Assembly (NCBI GenBank): GCA_050253335.1
Contig: JBFWJG010000009.1
Coordinates: 1 to 52,835 of the forward strand
Direction: 5' to 3'
Source: Deferribacterales bacterium
GTDB taxonomy: Bacteria; Chrysiogenota; Deferribacteres; Deferribacterales; Geovibrionaceae
Length of the DNA: 52,835 nucleotides
The notes below the pieces were generated by a model. It was not told the origin of the DNA. It was given only the letters and a program-made list of their open reading frames with translations, and ran no database searches. Position 1 is the first letter of the stretch. Every line of letters starts with the position of its first letter. This document shows, in pieces, positions 9,675-19,352 of the stretch. A program made the translations under genes and the position numbers.

Positions 9675-11318
9675 CTAGCACGCATACTGGATCTGGAGTC
9701 TGTCCGCCACAGCCTTGTCCTCGCTGATGAGGCAGTCTGACCTGCCCACGGGGAGCGAACTGTTGCCGATGGGTGCGAGGAGCTTTTTAAGCTCGCCGTC
9801 AACGGAGAGGAAGTAGTTGACTATATTCTCCGCCACTCGGTCTATATCCAGCCTCTTAACCAGCGTCGGGTTCTGTGTGGTTATGCCCACAGGGCACAGG
9901 CCTGTGTTGCAGGCGTTGCATTTGCCGTGGTCATTGCCCACGCAGCCGGCGAGCTGAAGCATGAGCTTGCCTGTGAAGACCCCGTTCGCGCCGAGGGCTA
10001 TCATCTTGAAGGCATCCGCGGCGAGGTTGCCTGTCTGCCCCAGACCGCCCGCACCCCAGAGAGGTATCTGCGACTGTTTGCCCTGATGCGTGGCAGCGAG
10101 GTAGCAGTCACGGAGCTTGGAGACTATCGGGTGACCTGTGTGGTCAAGGGAGACCTCGTTCGCCGCTCCGGTTCCGCCGAGTATGCCGTCGAGAAAGAAA
10201 CCGCCCACTATGTTGTAGGGGTCGCGCAGAAGGTTGTTGTAAACCGAAACGCTTGTGGCGCTTGCCGCAACCTTGATAGCCACAGGAACCTTGAATTTGA
10301 ACGCCGAGTTGAACGTTAGGAACATCTTCTGCACGCTCTCCTCAATGGAGTAAAGTCCCTGATGGTTCGGAGGGCTGAGAAGATCCGTCTTGGGAACGCC
10401 TCTGATCTCCTGAATGTGGCTTGCCACCTTCTTAGCCTGAAGCAGACCGCCGTCACCGGGTTTTGCGCCCTGACCTATCTTGATCAGCACGCCGCCGGGG
10501 AGCTCCTGCATATAAGGCATGGAGTTTATGATCCTGTTCCAGCCGAAGTGACCGGAAGCGATCTGGAGTATGGTGTATTTAAGGAATTTTGATTTCAGAA
10601 GTCTTATGGGAACGCCGCCCTCGCCGCTGCACATGCGCACGGGGAGTCCGCATTCCTCGTTAAGGTAAGCCGTGGCTATTGCCATGGCCTCCCACATCCT
10701 CCATGAAAGCGCGCCAATGGACATATCGCCTATGATAACCGGATATATCCAGTTCATGGGGGGAAGGGCTGAGGAGTCGATTTTCAGCCTTCCGTTTTCC
10801 AGCGTGAACGGAAGTTCGTCTGCGGGAAGAATCCTGCCGAAAGGGGCAAGCATGTCAAAGGTGTGTCTGGATGCGTCCAGAGAGGGGTCGGTCATCTGGC
10901 TGATTCGCCCTACCCTGATTTTGTCAAGAGTGCGCACGCCTGTGGAAAGGTTAGCCCTTCCGCCCCTTTTGAAGGGGTCAGCGAGCATCCCTCTGTATTT
11001 TATGGTGAATCTGGAGTCTTCATTGCGCACGGGCTTGATTGCGGTGTTCGGGCATACCCGCTCACACACTCCGCAGCCGCGGCAGAACTTGTATACATCC
11101 ACTTTCTGCTTTATAACAGGCACAGCCTTGAACTCCACCTTGGGCTCAGGGGTGAGATAATCGCTCACAACTTTTCTGCGTTTTTCCATTCCGGCTTCGA
11201 TAGCCTCAAAGGGACACGCCGCCACACAGCTTCCGCACATTGTGCATCTTTCGCTGGAATAGTTTATCTGCCAGTCAAGGTCATCCCTTGATATTTCGTT
11301 CACTCTCATTGTTGCCAT
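9675..11318 (-). CDS. Glutamate synthase FMN-binding (synthase) subunit with N-terminal 2x[4Fe-4S]
   Basis: MSIGALS, SGEGG, QIASGHFG, IKIGQGAKPGDGGLL, SPPNHQGLYSIEE, CNTGLCPVGITTQ. Confidence 0.9.
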   Translation of the reverse strand: MATMRVNEISRDDLDWQINYSSERCTMCGSCVAACPFEAIEAGMEKRRKVVSDYLTPEPKVEFKAVPVIKQKVDVYKFCRGCGVCERVCPNTAIKPVRNEDSRFTIKYRGMLADPFKRGGRANLSTGVRTLDKIRVGRISQMTDPSLDASRHTFDMLAPFGRILPADELPFTLENGRLKIDSSALPPMNWIYPVIIGDMSIGALSWRMWEAMAIATAYLNEECGLPVRMCSGEGGVPIRLLKSKFLKYTILQIASGHFGWNRIINSMPYMQELPGGVLIKIGQGAKPGDGGLLQAKKVASHIQEIRGVPKTDLLSPPNHQGLYSIEESVQKMFLTFNSAFKFKVPVAIKVAASATSVSVYNNLLRDPYNIVGGFFLDGILGGTGAANEVSLDHTGHPIVSKLRDCYLAATHQGKQSQIPLWGAGGLGQTGNLAADAFKMIALGANGVFTGKLMLQLAGCVGNDHGKCNACNTGLCPVGITTQNPTLVKRLDIDRVAENIVNYFLSVDGELKKLLAPIGNSSLPVGRSDCLISEDKAVADRLQIQYAC

Positions 11319-12412
11319 CTCTGCACCTCAAGGTTGTTGGTGATAACAACTGTCTCTCTTTCGTTGGTGTATATATCCTCTTCCCAGTTTCTGGCGGGAA
11401 GAACCTCGTTTATGCCTGAGACCTCGGAGGTCATGACCACTGTTCCGTTATGCTTTCCGATAACCGTGGGGCGGAGCTTCTTGGCATCGCATGTGTTGAA
11501 CAGAGTGCCGTCCGGCAGAACGCCTATGATGGTGTTCGGCCCGTTTATCTCAAGGTTGGAAAGGGATGAGCGGATGTATCTGAGCGCTTCGCCGTCTTCT
11601 CTTTTCGACATGTCCTCAAAAGGAAGCGGAGTTATGGCGTGTTTGTAGTATTCAAGAGGCCATTTGAGTATTTTGTGAATGTAGTGAAGAGTATAGAGGA
11701 AGCACTGCGAATCGGACTCAAAGCCTATGTAGCCTTTGTACAGCCCTTTCTGAAAGTTTTTGTTTTTTTCGTAAAAAGTGTTCTCGCCGTTGGCAAGAGC
11801 TGTGTAGCCCTGAAGGAAGAAAGGGTGGGCGGCGTAGCGCACTATGTCATAGTTGGTGTTCTGGCGGCACTGAGCGGTGATAACCTTTGCCGTGAACTCC
11901 CTGTCCTCTTTCCAGAGACCGAAATAGGTTCCGATATCCTGCGGGTCGCCTATCTCCTTGAGTGTCAGCACATCCGGCCAGAAGGAATAGACATAGCCGT
12001 CGTCACTCTCCTCCAGAACGCTTCTGAGCCTCAGCCTCATGTCCACAAGAAGCTCTTCCTTCTCCTCCTGCGGAGCGTATTTGAAGCTTCTGGGGTACTG
12101 GAAAACCTGAAAAACATAATTCGGCATGGGCTCTATGTTCAGCTCGTCACGGAAGTTTATCTCCGGCGACCACTGCATAACCCTGACGAAGCCTTCTTTA
12201 TGGAGAATATCCTCAGCAATCGCCATGCCTCTGTCCGTACATGCCATTGAGAGGATGGGGAGATCTTTATAGTCTGCGAACCTGCCCCCCAAGTCCTGCA
12301 TAACCATTGCAAAACCTGAGTTGTCATGCCCTTTCTGCTGGGAACGCATAAGGAGCAGGGCTTTTGACGGATGAAAATAATCCGTGGATTTGATAGCGCC
12401 TATTCTGCACAT
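11315..12412 (-). CDS. Glutamate synthase class-II glutamine amidotransferase subunit; ORF track gives 11306-12448, true start Met-Cys at 12412, stop at 11306
   Basis: Ntn-hydrolase start MCRIG, RQNTNY, AHPF, NGEN and KKLRP; GGAGG RBS before 12412. Confidence 0.85.
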
Positions 12413-12701
12413 ATCCTGCCTCCGATATGAAAGCAATTTACATTGCATTCTAAGTTTTTTTGACCGTTAAGCCTCATAAAAATTAATAAGAAAGGCAGAC
12501 AGCCGAAACAGCCTGTGAGTCAGAAGAGCTTAAAGCTGCTTTCGGAATAAAACTTACCGGAGAGAGGTTTCCCTTTTCTTTGGGGGCTTTGAGGAATAAA
12601 CCATTGCCCTTAATAAACTGCGCCTGTATGTGCCGCTGCGGAAATTACTCCGCGCCGGAAAATACGGTAAATCTCCCCTGTGTGTTTTACCGCCATAAGA
12701 A

Positions 12702-12730
12702 CTTATAATATGAGTCAAAACAGATGTCAA
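12702..12730 (-). promoter_or_regulatory. Sigma70 promoter of the glutamate synthase operon
   Basis: TTGACA-N17-TATAAG on the minus strand. Confidence 0.65.
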
Positions 12731-12948
12731 TAATTAGAAATGAAGGATAAAGCCCGTAAGGAGATATTAAAATAATATTTAAAAACAATTTTAAAATTAT
12801 CTTAATGCGCAAAACCATTGTCATGTTTATTACAATTTTATTTTTAACATTTAGCATCAGTCATTTAAAAAGACGTAAAAATATCATGAACGTTATAAAA
12901 CGCAGCGGAAACTGACAGCGGGAGTGAAGAAGGAGCTTTAAAAAAAAA

Positions 12949-14160
12949 TTAATCAAATATCATTTTTGTCTGTATGTAAAAATCATCGGAGCCGTCTCTT
13001 ATCTTGTCAAGCTGGCCTTTTGTGAGGTTTATCCTGTTTTTCATAAGAAACGTAGCCGCGATATCCGGCTCGGGAATGCGGTAATAGGCATAGAGAATCT
13101 TAGCCATTTTCAGAATCTTCGCCTCATTCTGAAACTTGCACTTGAAGGGCTCGTCCTGAAACTGGACGGGCATATAGAACTCAGGCTTGAACTTCCACTT
13201 CACAAGAAGGGCGATACCCGCGTTCACAGAGTTATGATCCGCAAGGCGGTTGTAGTTTTCGCTGTCTTTCGCGTCAATGGTTTCGCCTTCCAGATAGTCC
13301 GAAAGAACGGCGAGCAGAAATATATAGCCTATCCTGTGGAGCATCCCGATAGAGAAAACAATCTTTTTACCTGAGAATTTAAGGACATCGGCCAGAACAT
13401 GGGCAATACATCCGACCCTTATGCTCTCCTCCACCGCCTCGTTTATCTCTTTATGGAACATGAGTTCCTTGTTTGAGGCGAGAGCAGCGTTTATATAATT
13501 GATAAGAAACATTTTTATATTCATTGTCCCGATGCGGACTATGGCGCTTTCAATATCCTTTATATCGGTGAACAGTCCGCTGTAGTGGACGGAGTTGGCA
13601 AGCTTGATGAGCCCTGCGTGTATGCCCGGATCGGTTCTGGACATCACTGCTATCTCCTGAATAGAGACATCGTCAGACTCAAGGACGGGGAGCATCTGGA
13701 ACGCCACATCCTTTTTCATAGGGAGGATCACATCCCCTTTATCAAGAATTTTCTTGATGTAGTCGAATATGCCTTCCTTATTTTTCCGCGCGGCGGACTC
13801 AAGGGGTCTGCATACCTTTCCGGCGACAAGAATCTGCTCAAACGGACGCATCACCTGATTGTGGTATATAATCTCATAGCTTTTATGCATAAAATACTTA
13901 TCAAGCTCTTTATCCGCCAGAATCATGTATATGCTCTGGGTGGAATCCTTGATATGATCCTGAAGCTTGGAAAAGCTTACAAATTCATTTTTATCAATGA
14001 GAACAATGAAAACATTGCGGAACCCGCGCGCCTCCAGCAGTCTTCTGAAGCCTCGGGTAAAAAATGAGAACGCCTCATGCTCAACCCCCATTATCTCAAG
14101 CATGGAGCTGTAATAGTTAAGAAGCTTTCTTTCAGAGCAAATAAGTATGGTGTCAGCCAT
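12949..14160 (-). CDS. HDOD-domain protein with degenerate receiver-like N-terminus
   Basis: DPGIHAGLIKLANSVHY, IESAIVRIG, GMLHRIG, LLVKWKF. Confidence 0.8.
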   Translation of the reverse strand: MADTILICSERKLLNYYSSMLEIMGVEHEAFSFFTRGFRRLLEARGFRNVFIVLIDKNEFVSFSKLQDHIKDSTQSIYMILADKELDKYFMHKSYEIIYHNQVMRPFEQILVAGKVCRPLESAARKNKEGIFDYIKKILDKGDVILPMKKDVAFQMLPVLESDDVSIQEIAVMSRTDPGIHAGLIKLANSVHYSGLFTDIKDIESAIVRIGTMNIKMFLINYINAALASNKELMFHKEINEAVEESIRVGCIAHVLADVLKFSGKKIVFSIGMLHRIGYIFLLAVLSDYLEGETIDAKDSENYNRLADHNSVNAGIALLVKWKFKPEFYMPVQFQDEPFKCKFQNEAKILKMAKILYAYYRIPEPDIAATFLMKNRINLTKGQLDKIRDGSDDFYIQTKMIFD

Positions 14161-14183
14161 TTTCTTCCTTTAAAAGTTATATT

Positions 14184-16241
14184 CTACTGCTGAATGCTCG
14201 GCAGTTCAATCCGGAAACAGGCGCCTTTCTCCGTGTTGCGGACGGAAAGCTTTCCGGGCATACTGTTTTCCACTATCATCTTTGACATATAAAGCCCTAT
14301 CCCCGTTCCTTTGCCCTCCGGCTTTGTAGTGAAATAGGGTTCGAAGATTCTCTCCAGAAGCTCTTCCTTTATGCCCCCGGCGTTGTCCTCTATCTCCGCG
14401 ACTGCCTTGCCGTTTTCATAGAAAACTCTGACCATAACGGAGGGTTCCGATGCTGACTGCTCGCTCAGGGCATCTTTTGAGTTGTTGAGGATATTAAGAA
14501 AAACCTGCGCCAGCTCATTGGGATAGCCTGCTACAGTGAGCTCTCTGTCAACACGGAGATCAACGTTTATCCTGTGTTCCTCAAAAAACGCCTGTACAAG
14601 ATACAGAGCTTTCCTTACGCAGTCAGAGAGCATGAACTCCGTCTGCTCTTTGTTCTCCTTGAAGAAATTGCGGAAATCGTCCACGGTTGCGGACATCTGC
14701 TGAATAAGGGCATTTACCCTGTCCAGAATGTCTTTCAGCCTGTCATCCGTAAGTTCGCCGGAATCTTTTATATATTTAAGCTCAAAAAACGACAGATTAA
14801 GCGCGTTCAGAGGCTGACGCCACTGATGGGCTATATTGCCCAGCATCTCGCCCATTGCCGCCAGTTTTGACTGCTGAATAAGCAGTTTTTTGTGCTCCAT
14901 ATTTCTTTCCACTTCGTGCCGGACCTTTTCCTCCATAAGCGAGTAAAGCTCCATAAGCTCTTCCTGCATATACTTTCTGTCCAGCACGTTTACCAAAATC
15001 TCGCTGACTATTGTAAGGAGCGAAACAATATCGTCATCCCAGTCCCGCTCTCCGCCGAGGGATGAAAATGTCATGAAGCCGATGGATTTTCCTTCTTTAA
15101 TCATAGGAACAATAACAAGCGACTTCACGCCGAGAGCGTTGAGATATTCCCTTTCATATTCAGAGCATTTCATGTAGCCGCTCAGGGATGTTATATTAAT
15201 TATCTCCCTTTCCGCAAGCTTTTCAGTAAGCAGTTTCATCTCAAGCATTGAAAAGGATTTCATTCTGCCCATAAGGCTGGGCACACCCTGAAAGGTCCAC
15301 TCATGGGTTATGGAAGCCTTCATATTTTCTTTGTCTGTCATGAAAACACAGCAGCGTTCCGCGTCAACAAAAGTGCCTATTTTCTCAAGGGCGCTGTTGA
15401 TGCCGGAATCAACCTCCTCCGCTGAGAGGTTTATGAACCCGGCGGAGATTTCCATTATCTGCTGTTCAAACCAGAGCCTGTTCTGTATGCCCAGTTCGGC
15501 GTTCACCCATGTTGTTATATCGTCATGTATGGAGACAATCCCCGCGAAGAGGCCGCGTTCGTTACGCACTGCGGTTTTTGTTATGTCAAACCAGCGGAAT
15601 TCTCCGGTGGTTTTCACATAAACTGTTTCCACATAGTTGTAGCTGGAGCATCTTCCGGCGGCTATCTCGCGGTCGCCTTTGGAAAACCTGTCATATTCCT
15701 CATCCGCAAAGAGCTGTTCATCCGTTCTGCCGATGATCATTGCGCTGCTGTGCACACCTGCAAGATCAAGAAAACTGCGGTTGCATCCTGTGTAGCAAAG
15801 ATCCTTATTTTTCCAGCAGACAGCGGCAGGCAGGCTGTCTATCACGTTCTGAAGAACTTTCTGATAACCGCTTCCGCCTGAAAAGGATGTGTAGTCAGGG
15901 CAGTTCACCCTGCGGATTATCCCCTCGAATCCGGAGGCTTTCCCCACTGTGTCCCTTATTATGAACACACTTTCAGTGGCGTTTATCTCCTCTCCGCTTT
16001 TTGAGACAAGGGTTACAGATATCTCCTCCGCCAGCCCTCCCCTCAGAAGAGCATCCTCAAAGGATGTGCGGGCGGAAGGATACTTATACAGGCTGTCTAT
16101 GGTTATGCCTGTCAGTTCCTCGGCGGAATACTCCAAAACACGCTCTGTACCGCCGGATACCCTCACAATTCTTCTTGAGATATCGGTTTCGTAAAAAATT
16201 TCACCGGAAAAAGCTGAAAGCCTTTCAAAAGGCATCGGCAA
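14184..16241 (-). CDS. Cytoplasmic PAS-PAS-GAF sensor histidine kinase
   Basis: H-box LGNIAHQWRQPLN, NILNNSKDA, DNAGGI, FEPYFTTK, GTGIGLY. Confidence 0.92.
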   Translation of the reverse strand: MPMPFERLSAFSGEIFYETDISRRIVRVSGGTERVLEYSAEELTGITIDSLYKYPSARTSFEDALLRGGLAEEISVTLVSKSGEEINATESVFIIRDTVGKASGFEGIIRRVNCPDYTSFSGGSGYQKVLQNVIDSLPAAVCWKNKDLCYTGCNRSFLDLAGVHSSAMIIGRTDEQLFADEEYDRFSKGDREIAAGRCSSYNYVETVYVKTTGEFRWFDITKTAVRNERGLFAGIVSIHDDITTWVNAELGIQNRLWFEQQIMEISAGFINLSAEEVDSGINSALEKIGTFVDAERCCVFMTDKENMKASITHEWTFQGVPSLMGRMKSFSMLEMKLLTEKLAEREIINITSLSGYMKCSEYEREYLNALGVKSLVIVPMIKEGKSIGFMTFSSLGGERDWDDDIVSLLTIVSEILVNVLDRKYMQEELMELYSLMEEKVRHEVERNMEHKKLLIQQSKLAAMGEMLGNIAHQWRQPLNALNLSFFELKYIKDSGELTDDRLKDILDRVNALIQQMSATVDDFRNFFKENKEQTEFMLSDCVRKALYLVQAFFEEHRINVDLRVDRELTVAGYPNELAQVFLNILNNSKDALSEQSASEPSVMVRVFYENGKAVAEIEDNAGGIKEELLERIFEPYFTTKPEGKGTGIGLYMSKMIVENSMPGKLSVRNTEKGACFRIELPSIQQ

Positions 16242-16367
16242 CCCTCTTTGACTCTCTGTTTGATATATGATGATAAATAATACACATAATTACCTGCAAT
16301 CACAAAACTTAAATGCCGTTCAAGCTTCAAACCGGCACATTTATTTTCATGTGCGCCAAGATTTGAA

Positions 16368-16414
16368 GTGACAATCCATCCAAAGAGTTATATATTCTAT
16401 TTTTCGAATATATA
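16368..16414 (+). promoter_or_regulatory. Sigma70 promoter overlapped by a perfect 9-8-9 palindromic operator (ArsR/SqrR-like)
   Basis: GTGACA-N17-TATATT; TATATATTC-N8-GAATATATA at 16389-16414. Confidence 0.6.
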
Positions 16415-16431
16415 GTTTCACGGAGATCGAA

Positions 16432-17403
16432 ATGTCAGAAGCGGTTCACACTATTTCCGGCGGAAGGCTCAGATTTTTTCCCATTACGCTGTTTGCGACA
16501 GTTATGGGGCTCACTGGCCTTGCCATAGCTTTTTTGAGGTTTGACCACATAATGCACACACGCACATACGCAGGAGGGATGCTTTTGTTTGCCGTGTCTG
16601 TGTGGTTTGTTTTCCTGACTGTGATGTATTCTCTGAAGCTTTATCTTTATCCTGATGAGGTTAAAGAGGAATTCAGGCATCCGGTGAGGATGAACTTCTT
16701 CCCCACTGTCTCCATTTCAATGCTGCTTCTGAGCATAGGCTATGACGGCATTTATCAGCCTCTTTCATCCGCTTTATGGCACGCGGGCGCTCTTGTGCAT
16801 ATCAGCTTCACATTCGTCATACTGAATATATGGTTCTTCAATGACTTCAGGCTGCAGACCAAGAACCCCGCATGGTTTATCCCCGTGGTGGGGAATATAC
16901 TGGTTCCGGTGGCGGGCGTGACCCATGCGAACGCCGAAATAAGCTGGTTTTTCTTTTCAGTGGGGATAATACTCTGGATAGTGCTGTTCTCTATTGTGTT
17001 TTACAGGCTGATTTTCCATGAACAGCTCATGGCTAAGTTTCTGCCGACACTATTCATACTCATTGCGCCGCCCGCTGTGGGATTTCTCGCATATGCCAAG
17101 CTCACGGACGGGCTTGACGCCTTCGCCCGCGTGCTTTATTATTTCGGACTTTTCACCGCGTTCATGCTTTTCAGCATGTTCAGGCACTTCAAAAAGGTTC
17201 CGTTCTTCGTTTCATGGTGGGCATATACCTTCCCCATGGACGCGCTGACGATCTCCACACTCCTGATGTATAAGCTGACAGGCTATGTTTTTTTCAAGGT
17301 TCTTTCTGTTGTTTTTATCACTATGACCGTGGCTGTTGTTCTCACTGTTGTGTATAAAACAGCAGCGGCGGCACTGAAAGGACAGGTTTGCGTTCCGGAA
17401 TAA
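16432..17403 (+). CDS. TDT/SLAC1 (TehA-like) anion channel
   Basis: About 10 TM helices; FATVMGLTGL, EFRHPVRMNFFPT, PAWFIPVVGN, SWWAYTFP. Confidence 0.9.
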   Translation: MSEAVHTISGGRLRFFPITLFATVMGLTGLAIAFLRFDHIMHTRTYAGGMLLFAVSVWFVFLTVMYSLKLYLYPDEVKEEFRHPVRMNFFPTVSISMLLLSIGYDGIYQPLSSALWHAGALVHISFTFVILNIWFFNDFRLQTKNPAWFIPVVGNILVPVAGVTHANAEISWFFFSVGIILWIVLFSIVFYRLIFHEQLMAKFLPTLFILIAPPAVGFLAYAKLTDGLDAFARVLYYFGLFTAFMLFSMFRHFKKVPFFVSWWAYTFPMDALTISTLLMYKLTGYVFFKVLSVVFITMTVAVVLTVVYKTAAAALKGQVCVPE

Positions 17404-17438
17404 AAAAAACGGGGGCTTTTCAGCCCCCTCTTTGTTTT
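17402..17438. terminator. Bidirectional terminator between convergent genes
   Basis: A run, GGGGGCT-TTTC-AGCCCCC, T-rich tail. Confidence 0.8.
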
Positions 17439-19149
17439 ACAGTTTGAATCTGGTTATAAGCGACTGCAAATCAGCGGCCAGACGGCTGAGCTGTTCAACC
17501 GCCTCGGCGGATTCGGAAGCGGCAACCGAGTTATCTTTTGTAACGTTTGATATGTTCTCGATGCTTCTGGTCATCATCTCCATGGCGCCTGCCTGCTCGT
17601 CCGTAGCACGGGCAATCAGGGCAACCTCTCCGGATACGTTTTCAACCTCGCTGAGAGTTTTATCCAATGAGTCTGAGGCTTCTTCAGCTTTTTCTTTACC
17701 GATCTCAACTTTTTCCACGCCTTCACGCATTCCGGCTACCGCACCGCCCGTATCAGCCTGAATATGCTGTATCATGTCGGCTATCTGTTTTGTGGCGGTG
17801 GTTGTTTTCTCGGCCAGCTTGCGCACTTCATCAGCTACAACGGCAAAACCCCGTCCGTGTTCCCCTGCCCTTGCTGCTTCAATAGCGGCGTTCAGGGCGA
17901 GGAGGTTTGTCTGATCCGCAATTTCGTCAATAACCTGAATGATCAGCCCGATCTGTTCGCTGGAGTTGCCCAGCTCACGGACAGTCTTCTCTGTTTCCAT
18001 AACAGTTTCGGCTATTTTTTCCATCATTGCTTTTGTCTGACGGACTATTTTGTGGCTCTCCTCAACAGAGTTTCTCGCGTTTTCTGCGCTTCCCGCAACA
18101 TTTTTCGCGTTCTGGGAAACCTCAATAACCGTGGCGTTCACCTCTTCCACAGCAGAAGCAGTGGCGGCTGCCTCCTCGGCCTGAGCCACGGCACCCTGCG
18201 CTATGTGCTCTGATGTGCTGGAAAGTTCCGCTGAAGTGGAAGCCAGATTGTTGACAGACTCTATCACAGTCTCAAGCACATTTCTGACGGATGCGCTCAT
18301 TCTGTCAAGCGAAGAGTAAACCTCGCCTATTTCATCCTTCCGTGTGTTTGCGGGCATAACAGTGAAATCACCCGCCGCCAGAGTGGAGAGACGCTTGTTG
18401 ACCTCTTTCAGGGGCAGGAAGATAAGCAGCCTGTTCACCATTATTACAAGAGCAAGAAGTATTCCTATAACCACAAGCAGGGCAAGATAGTTGCGGAATG
18501 CGTCCATCCTTGTGCCCTGAATAATCGGAGAGAGGGGAATCATTATCTCAAATGCTCCGTGAATCTCCCCCGCGCGCCAGTTTTCCATTCTCACGCCGGT
18601 GGGGTCAAGTCCCTGATCATTGCCCCAGAGCTCCATGGAAGTGGCTGGGTCGCCGTGACAGAGCTCGCACTCTTCGGTAAGGCGCACTGCCTTGTAATAA
18701 CGGATAATATCATTTTCTTCGTCTATTATGTAGTGCTCCGGCGTGCTGCCCGTGCCTTTGTCCAGACGGGTAAGCATCTCAAGAACTTCAAGATCCGTTT
18801 TATCAGGTTCGTTAATGGGATTGCGCGGGGAAACCTTAGGAACCTTCATCTTGACACCTATCTCATCCGCCTTGGCTTTGAGAACATTCATCGAGACGGA
18901 GATAGGCACAGTATGAAGAAATTTGTCCACGCTGCTCCGGGCAGCTTCGTAATCATAAACACCGGCTCTTCCGGCATCAGCTATCGCCTCTCTCACTGCT
19001 TCCGCTTCAAGCACCAGAGCTCTCGCTTTTGAGACCTCGAAGTTGACCCAGTCATTTTTCTGTTTGATGTAGCTTCCGTAGAAAAGCGCGCTCATTCCGA
19101 AGAACACAATCAGAAAAATGATGATTGACAGTTTCTGGCTGATTTTCAT
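17437..19149 (-). CDS. Methyl-accepting chemotaxis protein with periplasmic c-type heme sensor (DUF3365/Tll0287-like)
   Basis: [10 protein letters not shown] and CELCH heme motif between two TMs; HAMP; complete MCP signalling domain. Confidence 0.92.
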   Translation of the reverse strand: MKISQKLSIIIFLIVFFGMSALFYGSYIKQKNDWVNFEVSKARALVLEAEAVREAIADAGRAGVYDYEAARSSVDKFLHTVPISVSMNVLKAKADEIGVKMKVPKVSPRNPINEPDKTDLEVLEMLTRLDKGTGSTPEHYIIDEENDIIRYYKAVRLTEECELCHGDPATSMELWGNDQGLDPTGVRMENWRAGEIHGAFEIMIPLSPIIQGTRMDAFRNYLALLVVIGILLALVIMVNRLLIFLPLKEVNKRLSTLAAGDFTVMPANTRKDEIGEVYSSLDRMSASVRNVLETVIESVNNLASTSAELSSTSEHIAQGAVAQAEEAAATASAVEEVNATVIEVSQNAKNVAGSAENARNSVEESHKIVRQTKAMMEKIAETVMETEKTVRELGNSSEQIGLIIQVIDEIADQTNLLALNAAIEAARAGEHGRGFAVVADEVRKLAEKTTTATKQIADMIQHIQADTGGAVAGMREGVEKVEIGKEKAEEASDSLDKTLSEVENVSGEVALIARATDEQAGAMEMMTRSIENISNVTKDNSVAASESAEAVEQLSRLAADLQSLITRFKL

Positions 19150-19352
19150 TAATAACTTCCTTCAGGGGAGCAAAACCGCGTACCCCTGTATTTGCGGGTA
19201 TTTTGTTAACCTCAAGATAAAAAAACGATAATTATCCTTTCTCAAATCCCCGTATTGTCCGAACATAAACAGTGATTTGATATAAACAAAACATCACTAT
19301 GCATTATATCGGCTGTTTTCAGATTTTTCTCATAATTTTGATAATTATCATC

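Noticed and set aside
12819..12834. TGTCA-N6-TTACA Crp/NtcA-like site upstream of glutamate synthase
   Set aside because: About 130 bp from the predicted TSS in AT-rich DNA; spacing does not fit GlnR/TnrA; too weak
19150..19300. c-di-GMP riboswitch ahead of the heme MCP
   Set aside because: Hairpins are present but the class I core motifs are not
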